In this document: piece after piece, positions 38,141 through 49,489 of the stretch
Layout of the letters: each line of letters opens with the position of its first letter
Numbering within the stretch: position 1 is the first letter of the stretch
Assembly (NCBI RefSeq): GCF_018350175.1
Contig: NC_058368.1
Span: 106,146,001-106,210,000 of the forward strand
Source: Felis catus
Lineage: Eukaryota
Direction: 5' to 3'
Length of the DNA: 64,000 nt
Program-made: the position numbers and the translations under genes
The notes under the pieces: generated by a model
Seen by the model: only the letters and a program-made list of their open reading frames with translations
Told to the model about the DNA's origin: nothing
Database searches by the model: none

Positions 38141-38700
38141 TATTCTTATAGTATGTTTTTTAAAAAGGGGGAAAAGCAAAAGGAAAGGAACTACTTCTGA
38201 ATACTGAGAAGTAAATGAATTCAGCTTGTGGGCTTTCCAACCCATATTTATAATTATAAATATATTTAGGTAAGTAAAGAGTTTTCTCATGGATGAATTC
38301 CTGCTACACAATCTTATAGAAAGCTGGGGGAGAAAAACAGAAGGAAGATCTTAGGAAACAGAGGATGATCCATCAGATGAATGAATGTCCTAGAATGGCA
38401 AGAAGGAATAGGGGAGAGTAAGAGAGAAAAAGAGAGGCAGGAATTACTGTTTATGAAGTGCCTACTATTTGCTAGGTCCTTTTAACATACACGTGAAACA
38501 CAGTACCAGCTACAAAGGAGATGCTCAGTGAACAATTATTTTCATTAGTTGTATCATTTCTGCTTTTATTACCACTCCATGAGGCAGGTATTTGTAAACT
38601 CTATAATCTCCTCTGCAAATTCAAGGTAAAAATGCATTCACATCTCCTTATTTTTCTTACATAGCTTATTATTAAGAAGACCTCCATTTACACAACTCAC

Positions 38701-38777
38701 CCCCCAAGATCTCCCCTTCTCTTGAATGACCCTTCACCACAGGGGCAAGTGGGGGCATTCCCTGAATGACATGATTT
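38701..38777 (-). pseudogene. DNAAF9-like pseudo-exon (77 bp, phase 2-1, open)
   Basis: Acceptor gctttacatag|, donor ggg|gtgagt. Reads NHVIQGMPPLAPVVKGHSREGEILG. Phases link both neighbouring exons. Confidence 0.6.
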
Positions 38778-39629
38778 CTATGTAAAGCAGTGTTTCGTTT
38801 TGCTTTGTTTTTGTACAACTGAATAAAAATTATAGATGCATGTCTCCCTATATTCCCATGCATACCCGCATTTGGAAAAATAGTGCATTTTATTTCAGGA
38901 GATGTGCCTTGGCCTCCAAGCTAAGAATGAATACCTGATCTGGGAAGAATGACAACAGTTATACAGCTGGTACCCTGTGGGTGGTGGGCTCCAATAACGT
39001 AGGTGCCAACTGCACTCACATTGCAAAATTTCCCTTTTCTCCTAACCCTCTGTAACCCTCCTAACCTTCCTCCAAGGAAGGACGCTGAAAAGGTCCAAAA
39101 ACACAGAGAGCACAGTGAGTGGGAAGAATCCTCAGTGAAGAGAAAGGGCTACCCCAACTGGGGCAGACGTGAAGATTTGACTTTACATCAAATACAGAGC
39201 TTTGATAACTCCATCTGGAGCTTTATACCTTAATATCTAAACTCAAGCTTGTTTGGCACTTAAACTGACCAGCCACTTTTTTAAAATGGGGTCTATTCAG
39301 AAAGAGAAATATTATCCAGGGAAATATTACCCCACTAAATAAATTCTATAACAATGAAAGATAATAAATTTTTGTTTTGATATACTTGTATTAATCATGT
39401 ACATTTTGAATATGTATGTATGAATACATATACTGTATATATCTACATCTTTGTACACATAGTAGAATACATATGCAAGTATGTATGTATGCATGTTATA
39501 TACATGATGAAACACTGGGTGACAGAATTATTCTAGTTTCTGAACATACATTATTTACAATAATCTAATGAGATTATTGTCTGTGTTGACCATATTATTG
39601 TCTATATTGACTAATACATTATTGACTAT

Positions 39630-39745
39630 ATTGTTTCCAGTTTGCAAATTAGCAAACTGAATCACAGAGAAATAAAGCTGCTTATCTAAGATCACATAGC
39701 TCGTAAGTCATATTTTAAACATGAGCCATCCAAATTCACAGCTGG
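39630..39745 (-). mobile_element. MIR fragment
   Basis: aaactgaatcacagaga...cttatctaagatcacatagctcgtaagt. Confidence 0.7.
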
Positions 39746-39843
39746 TTTCCTTAAGCTCTAGAAGCTTACTAGCTTGAATTAATCTTCTTCATTCTTGAGA
39801 TGTCTGCCCCGCTTTTGGAAAGTTGATCAGTGCCACTGCTTAC

Positions 39844-40362
39844 ACCACAAAGCCATCTTCCACAAAGAAGGCAGAGTGGACAGAATGAGGACCCTCACAG
39901 AATTGCTCCCCAGGCACTTTGTGTGAGACCATTACCCAAGTCATGCCCTGAGGCCACGCTGTGTCTTCACAGAAGAACACATTAGATCCAAATGGAATGA
40001 TAGTCTTTTGGCCATTGTCCATTTATAGGACAAGCAATGTGAGCATTTTATGGCTGCCCAGAACACTGGCAGAAATTTAGCTAAGCAGATAGTGAGTGCT
40101 GTGCTTAGACATTTATAGCCAGTTTGAATATTTACCTTATCCAGATAGAAATATCATGATGAAAATCACACTTCTTGAATCCCATGCAGTATGAACATTC
40201 TGAAAGTTTAGGCTATTCTAAGATTTTGAATTTCTTAGTCAACTTTGGAGGAAATGATTTCATATATGTTATGTGCTTATAAGTGCAAAAACCAAGCACT
40301 TCTCTTTGGAATATCAGGATAGGATAATTATCTCATATTTTTCAAGACTTCGGTCAAAATTC
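39844..40362 (-). pseudogene. DNAAF9-like pseudo-exon (519 bp, phase 2-2)
   Basis: Acceptor ttttgcctactcattag|, donor |gtaagc. NFDRSLEKYEII, LGFCTYKH (shifted frame), LNFQNVHTAWDSRSV, YLLS*ISASVLG~FLLELSESQAG, IIPFGSN~FVLFGNH, EGPHSVHSAFF~KGPLACSRTYFF. Several stops. Confidence 0.75.
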
Positions 40363-40399
40363 CTAATGAGTAGGCAAAACCTCCTACCATATCTTGTGT

Positions 40400-40532
40400 T
40401 TTTTCTTGGCTGTGCTGTGATCTCCATGAAAGCAAGGACGCAGTCAGTCTGATTTCCTTCTGTATCCTGAGTGTCTAAGAGAGTACCTAGCATAAAGTAG
40501 GACTCAATAAACACATTTGAATGAATAAATAA
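40400..40532 (+). mobile_element. L2 3' terminus
   Basis: ctccatgaaagcaaggac...tagcataaagtaggactcaataaacacatttgaatgaataaat. Confidence 0.8.
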
Positions 40533-40644
40533 AGGAATTAGAATAAAAGTTGCTGTGCTGTGATAGTTCATCTTAAGTATAAACTTGGCTACCCTGCAGT
40601 GTCCAGATATTTGGTCAAACACCAGTCTGGATGTTGCTGTCAAG

Positions 40645-40646
40645 AT

Positions 40647-40699
<53 letters not shown>

Positions 40700-40715
40700 C
40701 ATAAATAGATAGATA
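40645..40715 (+). repeat. (GATA)n microsatellite
   Basis: Direct tetramer array. Confidence 0.95.
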
Positions 40716-40719
40716 TATA

Positions 40720-40790
40720 TTTTTTAATTTAGAGAGAGAGCATACATGTGCCTATGTGTGAGTGGGGGAGGGGCAGAGGGAGAGAGAGAA

Positions 40791-40840
<50 letters not shown>

Positions 40841-40962
40841 CCCAAGCAGACTCCATGCTCAACATGGAGCCCAAAATGGGGCTTGATTCCATGACCCCAG
40901 GATCATGACATGAGCCAAAACCAAGAGTCTGACACTCAACTGACTAGCCCCCCAGATGTCCC
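40720..40962 (-). mobile_element. Can-SINE
   Basis: Reverse SINE with (GA)n. Confidence 0.9.
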
Positions 40963-41575
40963 AGGAAGATATTTTTTCAAGGTGATTAAGATTTAAATCA
41001 GTAGACTGAGTCAAGCAGATTACCCTGTGTAATGTGAATGAGTCTCATTAACCAAGTAAAGGTCTTCAGAGAAAAGGATGAGGCCTCCCAAGGAAGAAGG
41101 AATTCTGCCTCCAGACTGCCTTCCACTCAAGATTGGAGCAACTCTTCCCTGGGTGTCTAGCCTGCCAGCCTGATTTGCAAATTTTGAACTTGCAAGCCCT
41201 CAGCAATCACATAAGCCAAATAAATCTGTGTGTGTGTGTGTATGTGTTTGTGTGTATGTGTGTCTCCCTCACACACCCATGTCCATGCACTGTTGGTTCT
41301 GTTTCTCTGGAGAATCCTGCCTAATACCTGTGCTTTTATTTTTATTCATTTTCAGGCCACAACACAATATTTAAGAGTCTACCTAATGTTATACAAAAGG
41401 ATTGTTTTTGGATTTACTCTAGATATAACTACAGCATATTCAGTTCAGCTGGAGATTTTCACATGGAATCAGAATCCAGGCTCTCTGTTCATCATGTTGT
41501 CTGCTTTCTTACCCAAGACCTCATAAACACTAACTTCCTGGGTTGTGAAAGGAGATTTTAAATGAGCCTTCTTAC

Positions 41576-41887
41576 CTCTTGTGAGATTGTCCTGGCAGCC
41601 AAGGCACCAACTTGGGGTTCCAGATTGCAGATCCAATCTGTTCCATGTGAATGATACTTTGGCTGCATTGCACTGTCTCAAGCCAATCTTTCAATCATTT
41701 TATTTTCTAATCCAGTTTGTTTGGCCGTACCTGGCTAATTTACCTTCTAATTTCCATATCAGCAGCCAATTATGTGGATTGCTCCACTTCAGCCAAAAGG
41801 TTTAAGTCAATTTATAGCTTTAAAGGTACCAAAGCCAAAAATCAAATCACAACTGAGGCTTATGGTTAAATTTCAACATTTGAAGGG
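41576..41887 (-). pseudogene. DNAAF9-like pseudo-exon
   Basis: Poly-T tract then aacAA (AG apparently lost); strong donor gag|gtaaga. LKPF/WLKWSNPH~LLPYVAHWRNLH and KIK*LKDWLETVQCS~KITSFVDMVRDCS. Phase-2 end fits the next exon. Confidence 0.6.
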
Positions 41888-42631
41888 TTGTTAAAAAAAA
41901 AAAAAAAAGCACAGAGCCCTTTTGACAGATGGAAACAAGGCAATGACTAAAAACAGAGCAGAGAGTGTGTTGATGATTTTTTTTCTAAAAAAAGCCAAAT
42001 TGTCTAAGAAATGCTTCTAAATTGAGTGCTTTAAATAGAAAACAATCCATCAACCCAATCGAGGGATTGCAGATATTGCCAACTTCTTGTCATTTTACCA
42101 GCTGAGAACCAACAGATTAAATAAGAAGACCATATAAATATTGTAGCTTCATGCGTATTAAAAATAGACTTGAGAAATGACCATAAACATGATTTTGAGC
42201 TTAGATTGGATGAGACGCTGGACAAATGATAGAGATGCTGTGAGTTGCAGAGCACGTGTTTGGGTTTGTTGGGAAGTAATGGTGCTGGATGAACTAACTG
42301 TAGGGAACAATGAAATGGAAGGAAGAATTGAGAGAACAGGGGATCAGAGTTTTGAGTTTATCAGCAGGCGGCTGGCAAAGTGATTAAAATGATGAAGCAT
42401 TGTACATCTCCACATACAGGAATCTGATTGGCTATACCATGCATTTTAACATTTATTGGAACTTTATATTTCTAATTTTGATTACAAAATTTGATTTCTA
42501 ATACAAACTTCTAATTGCTCCCTGCTACAACTTATTTCCCGAAACAGTTAATATGGAGCTTCCCCTCCATATTCACACACTCTGCCCAAGTAAGCCAGTT
42601 ATAAAGGTGTTGCTACAAGCAACAGGCTTAC

Positions 42632-42846
42632 AACAAACAAGTCAGTGATAACTGTCCCTTCCTGGAAAATTAATGTGTCTATATTCTGGTCAACATTTTA
42701 TGTGATATCTCTTCCAGGTTCTTTGTTGTAGGTGGGATGGTCTTCTATCGGTGACAAAGTACAAGTAGGTCGCTTTCTTCCCAAACAGGCTTAATGTAGG
42801 CACAAAAATTTTTATATGTTCTTCCTTTGTTTGGGGTATTTACCCC
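42632..42846 (-). pseudogene. DNAAF9-like pseudo-exon (N-terminal part)
   Basis: Weak acceptor tctag|, donor |gtaagc. GVNTPNKGRTYKNFCAYIKPVWEESD...VITDLFV resembles GIDSRYNEGCRELANYL...VLDDVII. Needs a frameshift and contains a stop. Confidence 0.5.
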
Positions 42847-42874
42847 CTAGACTACGCTAGAATTAGTCAGGCTG

Positions 42875-43085
42875 TGATACTCAAAGCCTAGAACCCCACA
42901 GAGATGTCACTGGGCCTCCTGGTAAGGGTAAAGAGGAAGAGTGAGCTTGGCCCTTGAGTCTCCACCTCCCATTTCAACCAGTGAGGTTGGCTTTAAGCCT
43001 GTTACACTTTGGTGACCAATGTAACTGTTTGTTGGAAGAAGGGTTCTACTGATGTCAAGAAAAAATTTTTTTGAAAACATGCCGT
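42875..43085. mobile_element. Probable hAT/MER-type DNA transposon remnant
   Basis: atttcaaccag...aagggttctactg...tttgaaaac terminal pattern. Confidence 0.4.
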
Positions 43086-43587
43086 AGGTTATTTCTTCTC
43101 AGTTTCTGACCTGCACCCTCGAAGTGGGGAACAATGTGAAGTTCTGCATTCAAACTCAGAAACGATTTTGTTTGTGCTAAAAATCACAAATCTATCCTAA
43201 TATTTGTGCGATATTTGTGCATAATGACATTGAATTTGAACGCTCCACAAATAAGAGTATTCTCTAATTTGCGTCTTTGGAGCTAAATGAAACTATATTC
43301 ATTTCTGCTTCACTCTTCATCTGTCAGGTGTTAGAAACTTGCAGATTTATTCAGAAGCAGATTCATGGAGCACCTGACTTGTGTTAGTATGAAAAATAAG
43401 TATTCTAATATGAGTTCTCTTTCTGCATACTCTCCAATGTCCTTATCAGGAAATGAGCATCACGCAACATGGCAAAGTGGGAGTGAAAGAAAAAAAATCC
43501 CCCAAGATATTTGATGTGGAATATGATCCCAATACGTTTTTACCACTCTCTTGAAGGTGGTAAAGCAAAACAAAACAACTTTACTTC

Positions 43588-44050
43588 TATGGTGGACAGA
43601 ATAATCAGCCCCCAAGTTATGAATTTCTGAAACGTCTGAATATATTGGCAGAGATTAAAAGGCAGAGAGATGTGATTTAGTTCAGAATCCTGAGATGGGG
43701 AGATTATCCTGAGTTATCTGGGTGGCCCTCATGTAATTACAAGAGTCTTTGTAAACAGAAAGCAGGGAGGGCAAAGTGAGAAGGAAATTTGTAGACAATA
43801 TATTGCCGATTTTGAAAATGAAAAAAGGGGCCATGATCCAAGTACCGCCAACAGCCTCCACAAACAGGAAAGACAAGGAAATAGATTCTTCCCTTGAGTC
43901 TCCAGAAAGGAATGGAGCCCTGCTGACACCTTCATTTAGCCCAGAGAGATTTATTGTGGATTTCTGATCTCCAGAATTGTAAGATAAATCAGAGTTGTTT
44001 TAAACCATTCAATTTCTGCTGATTTGTTACAATGGAAACTAATAAAATAC
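43588..44050 (+). mobile_element. MLT1D-like MaLR LTR
   Basis: tgagatggggagattatcctg; tctccagaaaggaa...ccctgctgacacctt; ttctgatctccagaattgtaagataa. Confidence 0.85.
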
Positions 44051-44054
44051 CCAT

Positions 44055-44930
44055 TAGAATTGCACAAATCAGACAGGTAGGCAAGTATTGGCAAAAATGT
44101 GAAAGGATGGGAAGTTTGTATGCTACATGTGAAAGCATAACCTGGTATACTCATTCTAGAAAGCAATTCAGGGGTACTTAATAAAATGAAATATGCATTT
44201 GTTCTATGGCCCAGAGAACCTGCTGCTGGATACATATCCCAGAGAGATATTTTTGTATAGTTCCATAAAAATAGTCATGTTCAGGGTGTCTGGATGGCTC
44301 AGTAGGTTGAGTATAGGACTCTTGATTTTGGCTCAGGTCATGATCCCAGGGTCATGTGATCGAGCCCCATGTCGGGCTCGATGCTGACCACAGAGCCTGC
44401 CTAAGATTCTCTCTCTGCGCCTTTCCCCTGCTCATGCTCTCACTTACTCTCTCTCTCTCTCTAATAATTAAGTTAAAAAAAAGAGAAAGAGGGGCGCCTG
44501 GGTGGCTCAGTTGGTTAAGCGTCCGACTTCGGCTCAGGTCATGATCTCACAGCTTGTGAGTTCAAGCCCCGCGTCGGGCTCTGTGCTGACAGCTTAGAGC
44601 CTGGAGCCTGTTTCAGATTCTGTGTCTCCCTCTCTCTCTCTGACCCTCCCCCCGTTCATGCTCTGTCTCTCTCTGTCTCAAAAAGTAAATAAACGTTAAA
44701 AAAAATTAAAAAGAAAAGAGAAAGAAATAGTCACGTTCAGGGATGTTTATATAGCATAGTAGGAAAGGAAAGGAAATATAGGTTTTATCTCTAAGATAAG
44801 GGATAAGTACACAGGTGAAACACTAGGCATTAGTAACAGTAAGCCAAATATATATAACGATATGGTTAGATCATCCAATAAAATGTTAAATGAAAAAGAT
44901 TTATTTCTCAGTACTACTTATATAACACAA
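44055..44930 (+). mobile_element. Old L1 3' fragment, interrupted by SINEs
   Basis: caagtattggcaaaaatgtg...cattctagaaagcaatt...atacatatcccagagag. Confidence 0.6.
44284..44720 (+). mobile_element. Two Can-SINEs, the second inserted in the tail of the first
   Basis: Outer TSD aaatagtca(t/c)gttca; inner TSD aaaagagaaaga; second SINE starts at 44491. Confidence 0.9.
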
Positions 44931-45491
44931 AAACCAGAGTTAACTTATTTATTCCATTGTTGATTTATATTAGTATGGACTCCTGGATATTTATTTTACT
45001 TTGTGGGCTGTAATGCAATACTGTTATTTATTCTCTTGCTCAAATTGTTGCATTTTTGGCCATTGAGAGCTCTTTCATGTTGGCTCCTGTACCACATTTC
45101 TTTTAACCCAATTAAATTGCTTACATCTTTACCATAATTTTTTAAGAATATTTACTTGAAATTTGGTCATATACTAAAGAAGGAGGAGGAAGAAGAGGCA
45201 GCAAAGAAGCAAACAAAACATTTTAGCCTAGCATGTTTTTGAAGAAGTAACAATGTCATGAATTAATTATCAGTTGAAATTGGATACATAATCATAATAA
45301 TAGTCCCCTTCCTCTTTTATTAAGTAGATCTCTAATACCTTGAAGACTCTTAACACATTAACATTTGATCTACAGGGCTGTATGCAGTATCAGATTTCCC
45401 CAGGTAAGACAGAAGAGGGCACCCTGTCATAATTCTTGGGACTTCTCATAGGCACTAGTGAGCCAACCCCTGGGGACTCCCAGAAGTAACT

Positions 45492-45493
<2 letters not shown>

Positions 45494-45536
<43 letters not shown>

Positions 45537-45547
45537 CGTACGTATGC
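45494..45547 (+). repeat. (TG)n(CG)n alternating purine-pyrimidine tract
   Basis: Seen directly. Confidence 0.95.
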
Positions 45548-46190
45548 TTGCTTGCTACACATGTATGTGCAAACATCTAAGTATGGCTAAAATGAGAGGC
45601 AAATGTAGCTGAAAATTTCTAATCAGGAAGAAAACAACATTAAGCAAAATAAACGTATTGTTATTTACAAATGTTAGCAGTGTCTCGTATAGCTACTATA
45701 TGTGGACTCCAAGCATAATGAATGGGCTATCCTAGAAGATACCTAACATTGAGTCTGGAAACACGGTTTTCTCACCCCTCCCACCCACCCTTGGTCACTT
45801 CCTCTTTTTAATGTATAACTGACCACTCCCTCCTCCCTGAGCACTCTTTTTCCTTGGTTTCTAGGACCCCACATCCCCCAGGTGTTGTTCCTACCTCTCT
45901 AGCCATTCATTCTCAGTTTCTTCTACTGGTCCCTTCCCATGACTCTAACCTCTAAAGGGTGAAGTCTTTCAGGACTCAGTCCATGTACGTTGTCTCTTCT
46001 CTGTCTACACTCCCTTCACTGCTGTTTTACCCCTCTCAGGGCTTGAAATTCCACCCATATACTGACAGTTCCCACATTTGTATGCCCAGCCTGGACAATT
46101 TCCCTGAGCTCTACATCTGTGTATCCTCAGATTGCCTACTCATTATCTTCTTTGGGGTATCTAAGAGGCATATGAAAATTAGCAAGTCCA

Positions 46191-46410
46191 GGGGTGCCTG
46201 GGTGGCTCAGTCAGTTAAGCATTCGACTTCAGCTCAGGTCATGATCTCACATTCTGTGAGTTCGAGCCCCGCGTCGGGCTCTGTGCTGACAGCTCAGAGT
46301 CTGGAGCCTGCTTTGGATTCTGTGTCTCCCTCTCTCTCTGACCCTCCCCCATTCATGCTCTGTCTCTCTCTGTCTCAAAAATAAATAAAAACATTAAAAA
46401 AAAAAAAAAG
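46191..46410 (+). mobile_element. Can-SINE
   Basis: TSD gaaaattagca(a/g)gtcca. Confidence 0.95.
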
Positions 46411-46517
46411 AAAATTAGCAGGTCCAAAACTAAACTGCTGTCTTCTCCCACCCCGCTATCTCCACCTCCCTCGAGGTCATTGTCAGGAAATGGCAAGGCC
46501 AGCTAGTCAGGCCAAAA

Positions 46518-46740
46518 TTTTATTTTATTTTATTTTTTTATTTTTAATGTTTATTCATTTTTGAGGGGGGTGTGCTTGTGTGAGTACGAGTGAGGGAGGG
46601 GCAGAGAGAGAGGGAGACAGAATCCCAAGCTGTCAGGACAGAGCCTGACGTGGGGATCGAACTCATAAACCAGGAGATCATGACCTGAGCCGAAATCAAG
46701 AACCTGATGCTTAACTGACTTGAGCCACCCAGGCACCTCG
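46518..46740 (-). mobile_element. Can-SINE
   Basis: Reverse SINE. Confidence 0.9.
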
Positions 46741-48381
46741 AGTCAAAATGTTTTGAAATATTCTTGACTCTTCTATTTTCCCATATTTCAGAAACAATCC
46801 ACTACCAAACCTTCTAAGTTATGCTTTCAAAATGTACCTTGAATCTTTTTATTTTTCATTTCCTTGCTGTCACTGCCTTATCTGAATTATTTTAACAGCC
46901 TCAGCCTTTAAACCTATGTCAGATCGTATCACTCCTCTACTCAAAACACACCAGCAGTTCCCAGAGTAAATGCCCATTCTTACGACAGCCTAAAGGCCCT
47001 CTGCACTGTGTTCGCTTCTTCCTTAACTCCTCTGATCTCATTTCCTGCTCCACTCCAGCCACACACACCTCGACTCTTTCTTGAATGCCCTGGGAACATT
47101 CATCGCTCAAGGCATTTGCGTTTGCCAGTTCCTCTGCTGGGATACTATTCCTGAGATGGGCTTATTTATTATGACTTCCGCCATAGTAAATTTGCAGCCG
47201 CTTTCCACACCAGGAACGAGCTCTCTCCTTTCCCTTCTTTATTTTTGTCCATAGCATCTATAAACGTTTTAGCATACTATATGTGTTACTGTTCTGTTTA
47301 TTTTGTCTTCTCAAACTAAAAAGCAGGACCCGTGAAGTCAAGGATGTTTACTGTTATGTCTGTTGCACCCAGAACAGTGTCTGGCTCATTGTAAGGGTTC
47401 GGTACCTTGTTGATGATTGGATGAGCTGAAGGAAGGAACAAATGAATTTCTCTGGTACTTTGCCAGTCACAAATAGGGCAGATATCATTCCGCTCTTTTC
47501 AGAGCAGCTCAGTGTTTGTCGAGACTGAAATCTGTTAAAATGCCATTCCTCGGAAGGGATTTTCCTTTCCCTCTGTTGGGACTAGCCCACTGCCAAGGAA
47601 GAAAGCGTGTGCTCAACGACCATTGCAGTGACAAGACGGTGTCCAGAAGAAGGGCAGAAAGTGGCAGAAAGAGGAAGCGGAAAAGCACCGAAGAAACCCC
47701 TTCCTTGTTCTGGCTCTCTGTGCAGACAGCGAGCTTCGGAGCCTACTCTGACAGTCTGCGAGCTATTTCCAGCAGAGCTCTATGTCAGTTTACTAGCCAA
47801 GGGTAATCTGAATAAAAGGAATAAGGCGGGTTATTCAGTTTCTAATTGCTATTTGCACCACTTTTTCCTAATTGCATTTTCCATAGACAATTTGTGCCAA
47901 CATGAACATTTCACTAATGATGCTGGCAAGACAGTTTGTCAAACACTGACACCTAGTGAATGTTACTATACAGACCTTGTTCTGGGCTCTGTTTCAGGTC
48001 CAAGAAATTCCACAGACATTCAATTTAAGAGGCAGTCAAATCTCATTCACCTACTTCTAGTATTAGACTTGGCAGAGTTTGACTCTGAAGTGGCGCTCCC
48101 ACTCATTACTGGGCCCCCGAGCGTGAGTGAGGGTATGCCCTTGGAATGTTGGTGAAATTTTTAATCTAAGAAAAACAACCAGGACAGAAGAACTCCTGCA
48201 AAATAGCCCAGAGAGTCTCTGCAGTCAAATAAAAAGACTTCGTTTTTGTCAACTGCCTTGGTGTGTGTTCAGGGCCGCCCGCTGTTCCTTCTGTGATGGG
48301 GTAAAAAGGGCTGTCTCCGGTCCACAGGGGTCCCAGGTGGAGCTGCTGGGCTCGCTGTGAGATAAGAATGTCTTGAAATCT

Positions 48382-48823
48382 GGGGCGCCTGGGTGGCTCA
48401 TTCGGTTGAGCGGCCGACTTCGGCTCAGGTCATGATCTCGTGGTCCGTGAGCTTGAGCCCTGCGTCGGGCTCTGTGCTGACAGCTCAGAGCCTGGAGCCT
48501 GTTTCAGATTCTGTGTCTCCCTCTCTCTCTGCCCCTCCCCCACTCACGCTCTGTCTCACTCTCTCTCAAAAATGAATAAACATTAAAACATTTTATTTTA
48601 GGGGCGCCTGGGTGGCTCAGTCGGTTGAGCATCCGACTTCGGCTCAGGTCATGATCTCACAGTTCGTGGGTTCAAGCCCGCGTCGGGCTCTGTGCTGACA
48701 GCTAGGAGCCTGGAGCCTGTTTCGGATTCTGTGTCTCCCTCTCTCTGACCCTTCCCCGTTCATGCTGTGTCTCTCTCTGTCTCAAAAATAAATAAACGTT
48801 AAAAAAAATTAAAAAAAAAAAAA
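48382..48823 (+). mobile_element. Head-to-tail Can-SINE pair within one 18-bp TSD
   Basis: TSD aagaatgtcttgaaatct on both sides; second head at 48601. Confidence 0.9.
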
Positions 48824-49489
48824 AGAATGTCTTGAAATCTGAGAACGGGCCCCTCAGAGCCTCTCTGTGCCAACGGGTGGGGTATAACGCAGGGAGCTTG
48901 AGACCCGTAAGAAGACGGGCTTCTGTGAAGGGGATGGAAATCTGAGTGCAACCTGGAATCACACATTATAGGGAATAAATGAGAGCTCCGCTGAGAAGGG
49001 GCACTCCACGCATTTACTAAACATCTCTCCAAGTTAGTTTACAGCGCTAATGCAAAGAGAGACCACCAAGGCCCAGGGTTCTGAGGAGTAGTAAGTGAGT
49101 TGTGCAGGGAGAGAGCCGTTTGTTAAGTTAGCAGTGTCCTGCTCTCCCCCCCACCCCGCCTTGGAATCACTGAGCAGAAGGCTGGGCCGAAGCGTAAAGC
49201 CAGGTCTGTCTCTGAATTGAGCGGTGTGGTTCTGTCCCATCGCTGTGCCTCAGTTACAAGTGTGCTCTGAGGTGGAGAAAGCATGGAGCAGAAAGGGCGT
49301 GCAACCATCTCTGCCCCCCTTCCTTCCCCCCCCCCCCCACTCAGTGCTTGTGAGTCCTAAAATCCACATGGACACAGCTCAGAGAGTGGAGAATGATCTC
49401 AAGGTCCCAGCCCATAGCCCTGCTTACCTGGACAGAGCATGCTGCCCCACCTGCCTTTCTGAAGTCTAGAAGCAGTCCTCACTCAGATT

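Larger units (their letters stand above)
40559..41327 (+). mobile_element. MLT2 (ERVL LTR, MLT2D-like), interrupted by (GATA)n and a SINE
   Basis: ccagatatttggtcaaacaccagtctggatgttgctgt; gaagaaggaattctgcctccagactgcc; tgttggttctgtttctctggagaatcct. Confidence 0.85.
18930..42846 (-). pseudogene. Multi-exon unprocessed pseudogene, divergent paralog of DNAAF9/C20orf194 (Shulin)
   Basis: 13 exon remnants in the expected order with mostly matching splice phases. Conceptual translations match successive segments of human DNAAF9 (recalled from memory), e.g. NFDRSLEKYEII~IFDMFVVEKWPIV, LGFCTYKH~DGFFTMKY, LNFQNVHTAWDSRSV~LNLWNVYSKMDPMSL, NDQG~NNQG, DSMVLS~SSVVLT, FTLWLQ~FSLWKQ, QGTKQLP~QSAKQKP. Many in-frame stops and frameshifts. 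Confidence 0.8.
45810..47420 (+). mobile_element. L2 (L2a-like) fragment with SINE insertions
   Basis: tgaccactccctcctccctga...cagatcgtatcactcctctactcaaaac...cccagaacagtgtctggctca. Confidence 0.8.

Noticed and set aside
18930..42846. That this is the functional DNAAF9 gene itself
   Set aside because: Similarity is only motif-level, whereas a mammalian ortholog would be highly identical, and most exons carry stops or frameshifts.
47607..48155. Longest ORF in the track (182 aa, plus strand)
   Set aside because: Non-ATG start, no recognisable domain and no supporting plus-strand exon chain.
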